A stretch of DNA of 64,000 nucleotides from Synechococcales cyanobacterium (GTDB lineage: Bacteria > Cyanobacteriota > Cyanobacteriia > Leptolyngbyales > Leptolyngbyaceae), in assembly GCA_043764895.1 (NCBI GenBank), contig JAYUJY010000174.1, positions 412 to 64,411 on the forward strand. The letters run 5' to 3'. This document shows, in pieces, positions 1 to 9,744 of the stretch. Position 1 is the stretch's first letter. The number at the start of each line of letters is the position of its first letter. The position numbers were made by a program, and so were the translations under genes. The notes beneath the pieces were generated by a model that saw nothing but the letters and a program-made list of their open reading frames with translations, made no database searches and was not told the origin of the DNA.

Positions 1-76
1 AATCACGGGTTTGACAAGAGCTTTCATGATTCTTATCTTGACACAATCACCCTCATTTGCGAAGATATTAATCTTA

Positions 77-104
77 ATCAATATTGACTTTCATCGATAT
101 TGAT
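77..104. promoter_or_regulatory. Candidate operator (direct repeat) upstream of the aquaporin-arsC-arsH genes
   Basis: ATCAATATTGAC (77-88) and ATCGATATTGAT (93-104) are a 16-bp-spaced direct repeat about 30 bp upstream of the GTG start at 133. No arsR gene lies inside the window. Position and symmetry are the only evidence. Confidence 0.2.
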
Positions 105-132
105 TGAGATTCACCTTAACCCAGGGTAGTGA

Positions 133-837
133 GTGAAAAACGACGCGCGGGAAGTACTAGCTGAATTCATTGGAACCTTTACGCTCATTTTTATGGGAAC
201 GGGTGCGGTGATAGTCAACCAAATTAGTCAGGGTACCCTAACGCACTTAGGCGTTAGCGGTGTGTTTGGGGCGGTAGTTGCAGCGTTGATCTACGCCCTA
301 GGTCACATTAGTGGCGCACATCTGAATCCTGCGGTGACTCTTGCGCTTTGGCAAGGCGGTTTCTTTCGGCGACATCGTGTTTTTCCTTACCTTTTGGCTC
401 AGATTTTAGGCGCGATCGCAGCCTCTAGCCTGTTGCTAATTATTTTCGGTCCTGTTGCGAATCTAGGTGCAACCTTGCCGCTTAACAACAACTGGCAGCA
501 ATCGTTTGTTCTGGAAATCATATTGACCTTTATATTAATGTTAGTGATTTTTGGGGCGGCAGTAGACCCTCGATCGCACCAGAGTTTTGCAGGACTGGCG
601 ATCGGGCTAACGGTGGGGCTAGAGGCGGCTTGCATGGGACCGATTACAGGCGCAAGTATGAACCCAGCGCGATCGTTTGGACCTGCGTTGCTGAGTGGTA
701 TTTGGCAACATCAATGGCTGTACTGGATCGCACCTATTATTGGCGCACAGTTGGCGATGCGGGTTTACCGATTGCTCTCAAATACGGGTTTAGATGATAT
801 TGCGAATTTGAAACAACCCATTAACTTAGGAGAATAA
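133..837 (+). CDS. MIP-family channel (aquaglyceroporin/NIP-like), probable arsenite channel
   Basis: 234-aa hydrophobic ORF with two NPA boxes (HLNPAVT, SMNPARS). It is followed after 2 nt by arsC and then arsH. Confidence 0.85.
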   Translation: MKNDAREVLAEFIGTFTLIFMGTGAVIVNQISQGTLTHLGVSGVFGAVVAALIYALGHISGAHLNPAVTLALWQGGFFRRHRVFPYLLAQILGAIAASSLLLIIFGPVANLGATLPLNNNWQQSFVLEIILTFILMLVIFGAAVDPRSHQSFAGLAIGLTVGLEAACMGPITGASMNPARSFGPALLSGIWQHQWLYWIAPIIGAQLAMRVYRLLSNTGLDDIANLKQPINLGE

Positions 838-839
838 TC

Positions 840-1229
840 ATGAAACGTGTGATGTTTGTGTGTAAGAAAAACTCTGCTCGATCGCAAATGGCCGAAGGTT
901 TTGCGAAGCATTTGGGCGCAGGAAAAATCGAAGTAACGAGTTCAGGTTTAGAGAAGAGTTCGGTCAGACCTGAAGCGATCGCTACGATGAAGGATGCGGG
1001 AATTGATATCACGACACAAACTTCCAATGCCTTGAGTGAATTCAAATCTAAAGATTTTGACATTGTAATTTCGCTGTGTGGATGCGGGGTAAATCTGCCG
1101 CCAGAGTGGGTTCAGCGTGAGGTGTTTGAAGATTGGCAATTGGACGATCCAGCAGAGCAGCCCGAGATCTTCCCCCGCGTTCGGGATGAAGTGAAGGCGC
1201 GAGTTGAGACCTTGATCGCATCGATTTAA
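840..1229 (+). CDS. arsC: Arsenate reductase, LMW-PTP fold (Cys8/Cys80/Cys82 type)
   Basis: P-loop CX5R(S) at the N-terminus (VCKKNSARSQMAEG). There is a CGC pair at residues 80-82. Size is 129 aa and the gene sits in an ars context. Confidence 0.9.
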   Translation: MKRVMFVCKKNSARSQMAEGFAKHLGAGKIEVTSSGLEKSSVRPEAIATMKDAGIDITTQTSNALSEFKSKDFDIVISLCGCGVNLPPEWVQREVFEDWQLDDPAEQPEIFPRVRDEVKARVETLIASI

Positions 1230-1269
1230 TCCAGGGCATTGATCACTGGGTAATTTCTAGGAATAAGTT

Positions 1270-1349
1270 TACCGGAAGCCCCCAACCCCCAATTCTGGGG
1301 GCTTCGGAATCATGCTCCCCCAGAATTGGGGGCTGGGGGGCTTCCGGGT
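1270..1349. repeat. Palindromic intergenic repeat family R1 (CCCCAATTCTGGGGG hairpins), copy A
   Basis: ACCGGAAGCCCCCAACCCCCAATTCTGGGGG...CCCCCAGAATTGGGGGCTGGGGGGCTTCCGG is a nested inverted repeat. A near-identical reverse-complement copy lies at 19801-19873. Confidence 0.85.
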
Positions 1350-1400
1350 AAGTTCTTTATTAAAAACAAGCCCTAATTCATTAATTTAACAGCATTAACA

Positions 1401-2048
1401 ATGTCGCAACTTACAAACACGGACAACCTATTTAATCACCCACCAAGAATCCTATTTCTTTACGGTTCACTGCGCGATCGATCGTACAGCCGATTACTCG
1501 CCGAAGAAGCCGCTCGGATTATGACAGACTTGGGCGCAGAGGTGAAATTCTTCGATTCGCGGGATCTTCCTCTTCAGGGCAGTGTGCCAGACACCCATCC
1601 AAAGGTTCAAGAACTCCGCGAACTGAGCCTGTGGTCGGAAGGGCAAGTGTGGTCTAGCCCAGAGATGCATGGGCAAATTACGGGCATCATGAAAAATCAG
1701 ATTGACTGGATTCCACTGACCCTAGGATCGGTCCGTCCGACCCAAGGAAGAACCCTCGCCGTAATGCAAGTCAGCGGCGGATCGCAATCGTTTAATTCAG
1801 TCAATACGATGCGGCTTCTCGGTCGATGGATGCGGATGTTCACTATTCCCAATCAATCTTCGGTCGCAAGAGCCTATAAGGAATTTAATGACGATGGCAC
1901 CATGAAAGACTCTGCTTACCGCGATCGGGTTGTGGATGTCATGGAAGAACTTTACAAATTTACAATGCTACTGAGAGACAAAGTAGATTACCTCACCGAT
2001 CGACATAGCGAACGAAAAGAAGCCGCTAAAAAAGTGTCTCAGGAATGA
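1401..2048 (+). CDS. arsH: ArsH, NADPH-dependent FMN reductase family
   Basis: [18 protein letters not shown] flavodoxin-like N-terminal motif and an overall ArsH-like sequence. Adjacent to arsC. Confidence 0.9.
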   Translation: MSQLTNTDNLFNHPPRILFLYGSLRDRSYSRLLAEEAARIMTDLGAEVKFFDSRDLPLQGSVPDTHPKVQELRELSLWSEGQVWSSPEMHGQITGIMKNQIDWIPLTLGSVRPTQGRTLAVMQVSGGSQSFNSVNTMRLLGRWMRMFTIPNQSSVARAYKEFNDDGTMKDSAYRDRVVDVMEELYKFTMLLRDKVDYLTDRHSERKEAAKKVSQE

Positions 2049-2219
2049 TTCTGCGACTCGTTAGTGACTCGTTAGTGACTCGCTATGAGGATCAAATATT
2101 GCGATTTTTGGGTTCTGTGAACGATGACAGAGCAAAGTATAGACTAATAGCCCTCTAAAAGCATGATATTTTAGAGGGCTGATACGGTTTATCCCCTAGT
2201 TCTGACGGAGTGATAGTGC

Positions 2220-4142
2220 ATGATCGCACAACGGAATTCATTGAAGCGCAGCCGCAAAAATTTCATTGAGTGGCTGACAGCGGAGGACCGCAGTGGAAAA
2301 AATGCTCATCACCAACAGCATTCTTGGTGGAAAGTGATGTGTCTGACCGGAGTCGATTATTTTTCGACCCTAGGCTATCAGCCCGGAATTGCCGCTTTGG
2401 CCGCCGGGGCACTCTCGCCGATCGCCACCCTGATTTTGGTATTGCTCACCTTGTTTGGAGCGCTGCCCATTTACCGGAAGGTCGCGGCCATTAGTCCCCA
2501 TGGTGAAGGCTCGATTTCGATGTTGGAGCGGTTGCTGCGGTGGTGGCAGGGCAAATTATTTGTGCTCTGTCTGCTGGGATTTGTCACCACTGATTTTATT
2601 ATCACTATTACCTTATCCGCCGCCGATGCCACCGCGCACATTGTTGAAAATCCATTCATTCCCGCAGCGCTTCATCATCAAAATGTTCCCATTACATTGC
2701 TCCTAGTTTGTATGCTGGGAGCAGTTTTTTTGAACGGGTTTCACGAAGCGATCGGACTGGCGGTTGTACTCGTGATTGCGTATTTGGGACTGAATTTTGT
2801 GACGATCGGCGTTGGAATTCAACACATCATTAGTAATCCAGTTGTTATTCAGAATTGGAAGACGGCACTGTTCACGAATCATGGAAGTCCTTGGATGATT
2901 TTGGGGACGGCCTTGATGCTCTTTCCAAAATTGGCCTTAGGCTTATCGGGATTTGAGACGGGGGTTGCGGTTATGCCGCTCGTAAAGGGCGATCACGGTG
3001 AAAACGATATTCCTGGACGCGTCCGCAACACTCATAAACTATTGAGTACGGCAGCGTTGATTATGAGTTTCTTCTTGATTACCAGTAGCTTTATCACGAC
3101 GCTACTCATCGAACCTGCGAAGTTTCAACCCGGTGGACCCGCCAACGGTCGCGCCCTCGCCTACTTAGCCCACACCTACTTGGGCGATGTTTTTGGGACT
3201 GTTTATGACCTGAGTACGATTTCGATTCTGTGGTTTGCCGGAGCGTCTGCCATGGCGGGACTGCTCAATATTGTGCCACGCTACTTGCCGCGCTATGGGA
3301 TGGCTCCTAACTGGGCGAGGGCGACCCGTCCGCTGGTGCTGGTCTATACTGCGATCGCCTTTGTTGTAACAATCTTGTTTAGAGCTGACGTAGAAGCTCA
3401 GGGTGGGGCCTATGCAACGGGCGTGTTGGTCCTCATGAGTTCAGCGGCCTTTGCCGTAACGTTGGCGGCTTACCAGCGTCGATCGCGTCGTAGGGCCGTG
3501 ATGTTTGGGTTGATTACTTTAGTATTTTTCTACACGACTATTGTCAACATTATTGAGCGTCCCGATGGCGTGAAGATTTCGGCCTTCTTTATTAGTGCGA
3601 TTATTCTCACGTCGCTAGTTTCTCGGATTTGGCGATCGACTGAAATCCGATCGGATGCCGTTGAAGTCGATGAGTTGGCGGCTGAATTCATTGCCGTTGA
3701 GAGTCAACATACCATTCGGCTAATTGCCCATCGCAGTCGCGGCGACAACAGTGACGAGTACTTCTATAAAGAACAAGAAATTCGCAATGACAATACCATT
3801 CCAGAGAACTCTCCTGTGTTGTTCTTAGAAGTCAAAATATCGGATGCATCTGAGTTTGAAGAAAAAATTATGGTTCGCGGCTTTGAGATTGACGGCTACC
3901 GTGTTCTTCGGGTCCAGAGTCCGGCGGTCCCCAATGCGATCGCTGCTGTCCTCTTGCATATTCGCAACGAAACTGGAAAGCTTCCCCACGCCTATTTCGG
4001 CTGGGTCGAAGGCAATCCGGTGCAATATTTGATGCGATATTTGTTGTTTGGGGAAGGGGATACGGCGGTGGTGACGCGAGAAGTTCTTCGGCGGGCTGAG
4101 AGCGACCCGAAAAAGAGACCTTCTGTTCATGTGAGCGGTTAG
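2220..4142 (+). CDS. Polytopic membrane protein, APC-superfamily-like transporter with cytoplasmic C-terminal domain (function uncertain)
   Basis: 640-aa ORF with about 12 hydrophobic segments followed by a roughly 160-aa hydrophilic tail. No diagnostic motif recognised. Confidence 0.4.
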   Translation: MIAQRNSLKRSRKNFIEWLTAEDRSGKNAHHQQHSWWKVMCLTGVDYFSTLGYQPGIAALAAGALSPIATLILVLLTLFGALPIYRKVAAISPHGEGSISMLERLLRWWQGKLFVLCLLGFVTTDFIITITLSAADATAHIVENPFIPAALHHQNVPITLLLVCMLGAVFLNGFHEAIGLAVVLVIAYLGLNFVTIGVGIQHIISNPVVIQNWKTALFTNHGSPWMILGTALMLFPKLALGLSGFETGVAVMPLVKGDHGENDIPGRVRNTHKLLSTAALIMSFFLITSSFITTLLIEPAKFQPGGPANGRALAYLAHTYLGDVFGTVYDLSTISILWFAGASAMAGLLNIVPRYLPRYGMAPNWARATRPLVLVYTAIAFVVTILFRADVEAQGGAYATGVLVLMSSAAFAVTLAAYQRRSRRRAVMFGLITLVFFYTTIVNIIERPDGVKISAFFISAIILTSLVSRIWRSTEIRSDAVEVDELAAEFIAVESQHTIRLIAHRSRGDNSDEYFYKEQEIRNDNTIPENSPVLFLEVKISDASEFEEKIMVRGFEIDGYRVLRVQSPAVPNAIAAVLLHIRNETGKLPHAYFGWVEGNPVQYLMRYLLFGEGDTAVVTREVLRRAESDPKKRPSVHVSG

Positions 4143-4150
4143 AAGTATCG

Positions 4151-4259
4151 GTTTAGGGCACGGTCGGTTTGGGGCACGGCAAGCCATGCCCCTACAAATC
4201 TATTTTCCAGAGATTGTAGGGGCATGGCATGGCCATGCCCTAAACCCAACGAAAAAGAG
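4151..4259. repeat. MITE-like hairpin repeat family R2 (GGGCACGGC..GCC.TGCCCCTACA arms), copy 1
   Basis: Long inverted repeat TTTGGGGCACGGCAAGCCATGCCCCTACA ... TGTAGGGGCATGGCATGGCCATGCCCTAAA between convergent genes. Related copies lie at 23972-24058 and 59163-59262. Confidence 0.85.
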
Positions 4260-4278
4260 ATCAATACTCCAATTGTTC

Positions 4279-6642
4279 TTACAACACTGCAACACATTCA
4301 TACAGCGCCATTAAGGTATTGCGGGTTTTCGTTACTTCGGAAACTCCAGTACTAAATTGCATCTCTTTTTCAAGATCTAGCGTTTGTTGAACCTGCGCGA
4401 TCGTTGACGTTAGAAATTGCTGACCCGATCGCGCATCCATTCCGGGCATCAGCATGACAAACTCCCCGCTGTCCCACCGAGCGATCGCGCTGTCTGTCGG
4501 GAGCGTTGCGCGCAGGGCATCGGCCATTCCCTTCAAGATCCGCTCACTCGCCAAATACCCGAGCTTTCGAGTGATCGAGAGTAGGTTCTGAATCCCAATG
4601 ACGCCGAAACAAACGGGCTGATGAAGCCTTTCCGATTCTTGGATAAGTAACTCAAACTGTTCTTGCGATCCGGCTTGATTCCAACATTGAGTCAGCAGGT
4701 CTCGCTGTGATTGTTCTCGGAAGAGCTGCGATCGTTCCAGCCGATTGAAAATTCGAGTCATCAGTTCCGGCGCAATCACGGGCTTACTCACATAGTCATC
4801 AGCCCCGGCTGAAAACACTTTTTGCATCGTATCGGCGTCCCGGTGGGCCGTGAGAAATAGAATCGGCAATGTCGCAGTATTCATATCATTGCGAGTCTGC
4901 TGACACACCTCAATGCCATTCATCTCCGGCATCTCAAAGTCTAGTACCATCAAGTCTGGCTTGTCCTCACTCAGCATTTTTCTGGCCTGCCTAGGGTCAT
5001 TACAGGTCGTCACTTGCATTCCCCATGGCTCCAAAATCCCCTTCAGCAATAACAGCATCAGCCGATCGTCATCCACTAATAAAATCTTTGCCTCCGGCAC
5101 TGAATAGCGAGGAGCTTCGTCTAGCAGCGATTGATTAATCAGTCCCATTAGCGTTGCCAGCGGAATAGATTTTCGGAAGAATCCTTGTCCCCGATGGTTT
5201 GAAATAGCGACTCGATCGGCGGCAACTAGTCCATTGTCACCGTCATGGGTCACGATCCAGACGGGAACTCTCGGACAGTGATGCGTTAAGTGTTTTAAAA
5301 ATTCGATCGTCGCTGTTGAATCTACAGTTGAACCGACAGTTGGACCCACGTTGATGGATGCATTCAAGATCACCGCATCTGGGCACGCTCGTTCAATGGC
5401 GCTCACGGCTAGGTTCGGGTCAGCGGCCCTAACCATTTGAATGCCCCAGCGATAGGCTTCATTCATGAGTTGAGTGACCCATTCGCGATCGCCATCCACG
5501 ACCAAAATCCGTCGATCGGGAAGCCGTTCTCCCGTGACAACAGTCTCTTGGACACGGATGACATTTCCGGATGTTGCGGCCTCTAGCATTTGCGTCAACA
5601 TCCCCAACTGTTTATGCAACACTTGGATTTCAGATGGGGTATTGAGATGGGCACCCGAAATCCAAGTCCCGAGGGCTTGCAGGGTCGGTAGATGTTCAGC
5701 AATACAGACGCTACCCATGACGCCCACTAGAATGTGACCTTCTTGGCGAATTTTCGATCGCAGGTCCTCATCACTCGGATTACGCTGGAGCGCTTGGACG
5801 GAATGATCTAAAATCTGTATTCGTCGCAGCACTTTGGCCGCCTGTTTTTCCCAGAACTGTGCGATGAGCTGGGCCTGAGACGACTCGATCGCACCGCTCT
5901 CTGCATCCCTCGAATCCACTTTGGGTGCGCCCAAGGGGCTAATGATCGCAATGGAAGTGGGCGGAGCCTTCAACGCAGGATTGAGCCGATAGCCAAGTCC
6001 GTAGACCGTCTCGATCAAATCCCCTGCTCCGATCGGCTTTAGTTTTTGGCGGAGGCGCTTCATGTGAGTGCGCACGGTTTCTTCCCCGCGTGGGCCATTG
6101 TCAAGGGACCATAGGGCATCAAGCAGCGCCCGCTGACTGTAAATGCGATCTTGATGACGCAGCAGCAATTCTAGAATTCCGTATTCCTTCGTCGTCAGCA
6201 TCACAGGCGTGCCGTGGTAAGTCACATTGCATCGAGTCGGCTCAATGGCCAACGGTCCCCACGTTAGGACCGGAAGCTCCGTCACCATTCGCCGCCGCAG
6301 GAGTGCTCGAATTCTGGCTTCCAACTCGTTTAGGGCAAAGGGTTTGACTAGATAATCATCCGCGCCTGCGTCCAATCCAGAGACGCGATCGTAGGTGCTC
6401 CCCTGCGTTGACATAATCATCACCAACACTTGATTCCCCTGTTGGCGAAGCTGTTGACAAAACTCTAGTCCATCGATTCCATCTATTGATCGATCGAGCA
6501 AGATTAAATCATATTTCCCTTGTCCCACAAGTTGTAGCCCTTGCAATCCATCCTGGGCACTATCGATGACATATCGATTTTTCAACGACGTTTTCAAAAT
6601 TTCTAGAAGCTGGATGTCATCTTCAATGATCAGCAATTTCAT
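4279..6642 (-). CDS. Multidomain response regulator: REC + OmpR-type winged helix + HPt-like + pseudo-REC + REC + degenerate GGDEF
   Basis: N-terminal REC (LIIEDD...DLILLD...KP). trans_reg_C-like wHTH (TVYGLGYRL). Later REC (ILLVDDD...LMVLDFEMPEMNG...KP). C-terminal GGDEF-like domain whose active-site motif reads DSGEF. Confidence 0.8.
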   Translation of the reverse strand: MKLLIIEDDIQLLEILKTSLKNRYVIDSAQDGLQGLQLVGQGKYDLILLDRSIDGIDGLEFCQQLRQQGNQVLVMIMSTQGSTYDRVSGLDAGADDYLVKPFALNELEARIRALLRRRMVTELPVLTWGPLAIEPTRCNVTYHGTPVMLTTKEYGILELLLRHQDRIYSQRALLDALWSLDNGPRGEETVRTHMKRLRQKLKPIGAGDLIETVYGLGYRLNPALKAPPTSIAIISPLGAPKVDSRDAESGAIESSQAQLIAQFWEKQAAKVLRRIQILDHSVQALQRNPSDEDLRSKIRQEGHILVGVMGSVCIAEHLPTLQALGTWISGAHLNTPSEIQVLHKQLGMLTQMLEAATSGNVIRVQETVVTGERLPDRRILVVDGDREWVTQLMNEAYRWGIQMVRAADPNLAVSAIERACPDAVILNASINVGPTVGSTVDSTATIEFLKHLTHHCPRVPVWIVTHDGDNGLVAADRVAISNHRGQGFFRKSIPLATLMGLINQSLLDEAPRYSVPEAKILLVDDDRLMLLLLKGILEPWGMQVTTCNDPRQARKMLSEDKPDLMVLDFEMPEMNGIEVCQQTRNDMNTATLPILFLTAHRDADTMQKVFSAGADDYVSKPVIAPELMTRIFNRLERSQLFREQSQRDLLTQCWNQAGSQEQFELLIQESERLHQPVCFGVIGIQNLLSITRKLGYLASERILKGMADALRATLPTDSAIARWDSGEFVMLMPGMDARSGQQFLTSTIAQVQQTLDLEKEMQFSTGVSEVTKTRNTLMALYECVAVL

Positions 6643-6728
6643 GGGGGAGGGTCTCCTTCTGGATTTGAGCTAAACGGGATTTGAGGTCCAAATAGTGATT
6701 AAACGTCGATGCTTTTAACCCATTGTTT

Positions 6729-9614
6729 TCAGTCTACTATCTTAGCCTCTGGAAATTTCTCCGTTACATAGGTTTCAAGATCCTGTATTGCGATCGTAAT
6801 TGCGGCAAGAATCCTACCGATCTCAGATGCCTGTCGATCGGAATCACGATCGGGATCACGATCGGAACCCTCGGTGCTGGCCGTAAGAGGGCTAGTCAGC
6901 GCGGATTGATGGGTTGTGGCGGCGGTCTCAAGCTCCGCTGCTAGTGACGTTAAGACCGAGAGGCCAAGATTTCCGTGGGATCCTCGAATTTGGTGAGCGA
7001 TCGCACGTAACGTTTCATAGTCTTTTCGAGCATGTGCAGTTTGGAGATTGAGACTTCGGGCATGATTTTCGTGGACGGCAAGCTGTAAAAGTTCGATCGC
7101 GAGGGGACGGTTGTCCAAGGTCACTTGCATCAATGCTCTCCAGGCTTCCTCCCAGTTTTGCTTAGGCGGCGGTGCAGATGATGCGGTCTTTAGGGTTGTT
7201 GCTCCATCTGTAGACATTGATTCTTTGGGAGACATTGATTCTTTGGGAGACGTTAACGTGTTTGGATGCATTGTCATCGCTGATAGCTTGATCGAGATGG
7301 CTTGCAACTTGACGTCTAGATCCCCTAGCCGCAAGGGCTTCCCAAAAACATCATTCATCCCCGCATCCAAACAGGCTTTGACCGCAGACTCGGAGATGTT
7401 AGCGGTCATGGCCACAATGTGAATGTTCTGATACGCCTCATGGCTCGATCGAATGCGTTGGGTGACGGCCAGACCATCTAGTTTTGGCATTTGGACATCC
7501 ATCAAGATCAAATCGTAAGGCTGAAGTTTGATTTGTGTTAAAACAGCCTCACCATCGGTAACAACATCAGCGTGGTAGCCCAGTTGAGTGAGTTGAAGAA
7601 GAATCACTTTCTGATTAACTAGGTTATCTTCTGCGAGTAATATCTTTAGGGGCGATCGAGTAACAAGATCCATAGGGCTTAAGGCATTCAATTCACTCAA
7701 TTCATTCTCCACATCACCTTCCTGAGAACGAGCGACAAGCGTAAACAGTGGAACAACTGGAAAATTCAGCGTAAATTCAAATACCGATCCCACCCCGAGT
7801 TCACTGGTGACCTGCAATTGTCCACCCATCTGATTTACCAACTGTTGACTAATCACCAGTCCTAGCCCCGTCCCACCGTAACGTCGCTGAATGGACGAAT
7901 CCGCTTGAACAAAGGGCTGAAAAAGCCGATCGATCTGCGGTTTGGACATGCCAATTCCTGAATCTATGACTCGAAAGGTGAGGGAATAGAGGGTATTAGG
8001 GTCATTAGGTTGAGATTTGGTTTGCTGAGATTTAGTTTGCTGAGGTCTAACACGAGTCGAACCTGTTACTTCTAGACGCACTTGTCCCCGATCGGTAAAT
8101 TTCACCGCATTCCCTAAAAGATTAAGCAACACCTGCCGCAACCGCAAACCATCGCCCAGAAGTGCCGATGATGAACCGGACTGAAGATTTTTTTGAAGCG
8201 TCGTCTGAATACTATCCTGAATCCTGTATTGGAGTCCAATCGCCTTGGCATGGGCTTTCGTCTCAAGCAATGCGATCGTGAGCTTGACTTCATCGAATAG
8301 ATCAAAGGGAACTGATTCTAGCGATAGCTTCCCGGCATCAATCTTCGCAAAATCCAACACATCATTAATCAATCCCAACAACATCTCCCCGCTGCGATCG
8401 ATCGTTTGAATAGAGTCGCGATCTTGAGCGTCAAGTCCCGTGCGAGCCAATAGCAAATCGGTCATTCCCAAAATGCCATTCAACGGCGTCCGCAATTCAT
8501 GACTCATCACCGCCAAAAACTCACTCCGAACTTGCAGCAGCGCCTGTATCCGCAACCGATCGTTCACCACCGCAACTCCGCCCACTCCGCCCAACAACAA
8601 ACAAGGTGCAACCACCGGAATCCATACATTCAGATGAATCGCCACAAGTGCCCCGCTCACCCAAAGCCCTATTGATCCCACCACCACTGCGCACTGAACG
8701 CCCCAAGACCACCGACTCAACCCCCAGCTCAACAGTGCGCCCAAGGGCACTAATGCCCAAATATAGAGAGGATTTAGAACTAGTAAAAAGTTGTTTTGTA
8801 AAATATTATTGATCACCGTCAGATGAAAATAAACGCCGCTGCTGGGGACACTTCGATCGAAAGGCGTTTGAAGCGAGTCTGCCCCTGTGGTAGTCATGCC
8901 GATAAGGACGATTTTGTCTGTAAAAGCTGAGGCCGGAATTTCCCGAGCGAGGACGCTAGAAAAGCTATACCGAGTCGCTTTAGCGGTCGGTCCCTGCCAG
9001 TTCAGCCACAGTAACCGATCGCTTGGCAGCTTTACCGAGTCCTGTGTGATGAGCGAGTGGGTCTGAGAAACCGTAATTCCAAAGGCGTCTACACCCTGCT
9101 CATTAGGCTTGAGCGATCGGGCAATCCCGTCAGAACTACTTCGAGTCATGATATGTCCCATGCCGATCAAAGATTTCTGGAGCGCGGGACTTGGAAAGAT
9201 AGGCATTTGGTCCTGAGTCCAAGCAAGCGGCATCACAACGCGTTGATACTCATCCATCGCCTTCGCCAGTCCAGCATCTTCCCGACTTGGCTCTGAAAGA
9301 AGGATATCAAAGGCAATGACGCTTGGATTGGCGGGAGTGAGTTGTTCGATGAGCTGCTGATATCGCTTGCGAGACCACGGAAATGCCCCTAATTTTCTTA
9401 GACTATCGTCATCAATTTCAATCACGACCACTCGATCGTCCCAAGAACGCGCTCCTCTAGATTGAAACAAAACCCGATAGCTAGCATCTTCTAACGTCTG
9501 CCACATTCCACCCATTTGGGCCAAGCTCAGCCCCAACCCCAACAGGACACCAGGAAGCATTTTCACAAGATGAGGAGAGATTTTTTGAAGTTGAGCAGGC
9601 AGCATAGGGGACAA
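6729..9614 (-). CDS. CHASE2-sensor hybrid histidine kinase (CHASE2-TM-HisKA-HATPase-REC-HPt)
   Basis: CHASE2-like N-terminus (VVVIEIDDDSLRKLGAFPWSRKRY...AFDILLSEPS). H-box [14 protein letters not shown]-boxes DSGIGM/GGTGLGL, REC (ILLAEDN...LILMDVQMPKLDG), HPt (AHQIRGSHGNLG). Confidence 0.9.
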   Translation of the reverse strand: MSPMLPAQLQKISPHLVKMLPGVLLGLGLSLAQMGGMWQTLEDASYRVLFQSRGARSWDDRVVVIEIDDDSLRKLGAFPWSRKRYQQLIEQLTPANPSVIAFDILLSEPSREDAGLAKAMDEYQRVVMPLAWTQDQMPIFPSPALQKSLIGMGHIMTRSSSDGIARSLKPNEQGVDAFGITVSQTHSLITQDSVKLPSDRLLWLNWQGPTAKATRYSFSSVLAREIPASAFTDKIVLIGMTTTGADSLQTPFDRSVPSSGVYFHLTVINNILQNNFLLVLNPLYIWALVPLGALLSWGLSRWSWGVQCAVVVGSIGLWVSGALVAIHLNVWIPVVAPCLLLGGVGGVAVVNDRLRIQALLQVRSEFLAVMSHELRTPLNGILGMTDLLLARTGLDAQDRDSIQTIDRSGEMLLGLINDVLDFAKIDAGKLSLESVPFDLFDEVKLTIALLETKAHAKAIGLQYRIQDSIQTTLQKNLQSGSSSALLGDGLRLRQVLLNLLGNAVKFTDRGQVRLEVTGSTRVRPQQTKSQQTKSQPNDPNTLYSLTFRVIDSGIGMSKPQIDRLFQPFVQADSSIQRRYGGTGLGLVISQQLVNQMGGQLQVTSELGVGSVFEFTLNFPVVPLFTLVARSQEGDVENELSELNALSPMDLVTRSPLKILLAEDNLVNQKVILLQLTQLGYHADVVTDGEAVLTQIKLQPYDLILMDVQMPKLDGLAVTQRIRSSHEAYQNIHIVAMTANISESAVKACLDAGMNDVFGKPLRLGDLDVKLQAISIKLSAMTMHPNTLTSPKESMSPKESMSTDGATTLKTASSAPPPKQNWEEAWRALMQVTLDNRPLAIELLQLAVHENHARSLNLQTAHARKDYETLRAIAHQIRGSHGNLGLSVLTSLAAELETAATTHQSALTSPLTASTEGSDRDPDRDSDRQASEIGRILAAITIAIQDLETYVTEKFPEAKIVD

Positions 9615-9744
9615 AAGCAGTTCACTGCACCAATATTACTAGATATTAATAGATTTTTACGAGATAGACCTTGCTCTCCCCAAGCTATTTGATCCCTAGT
9701 TTCGATCGAAGTAGAAGATTCTTGTGACACTTGCGTACGCTATT

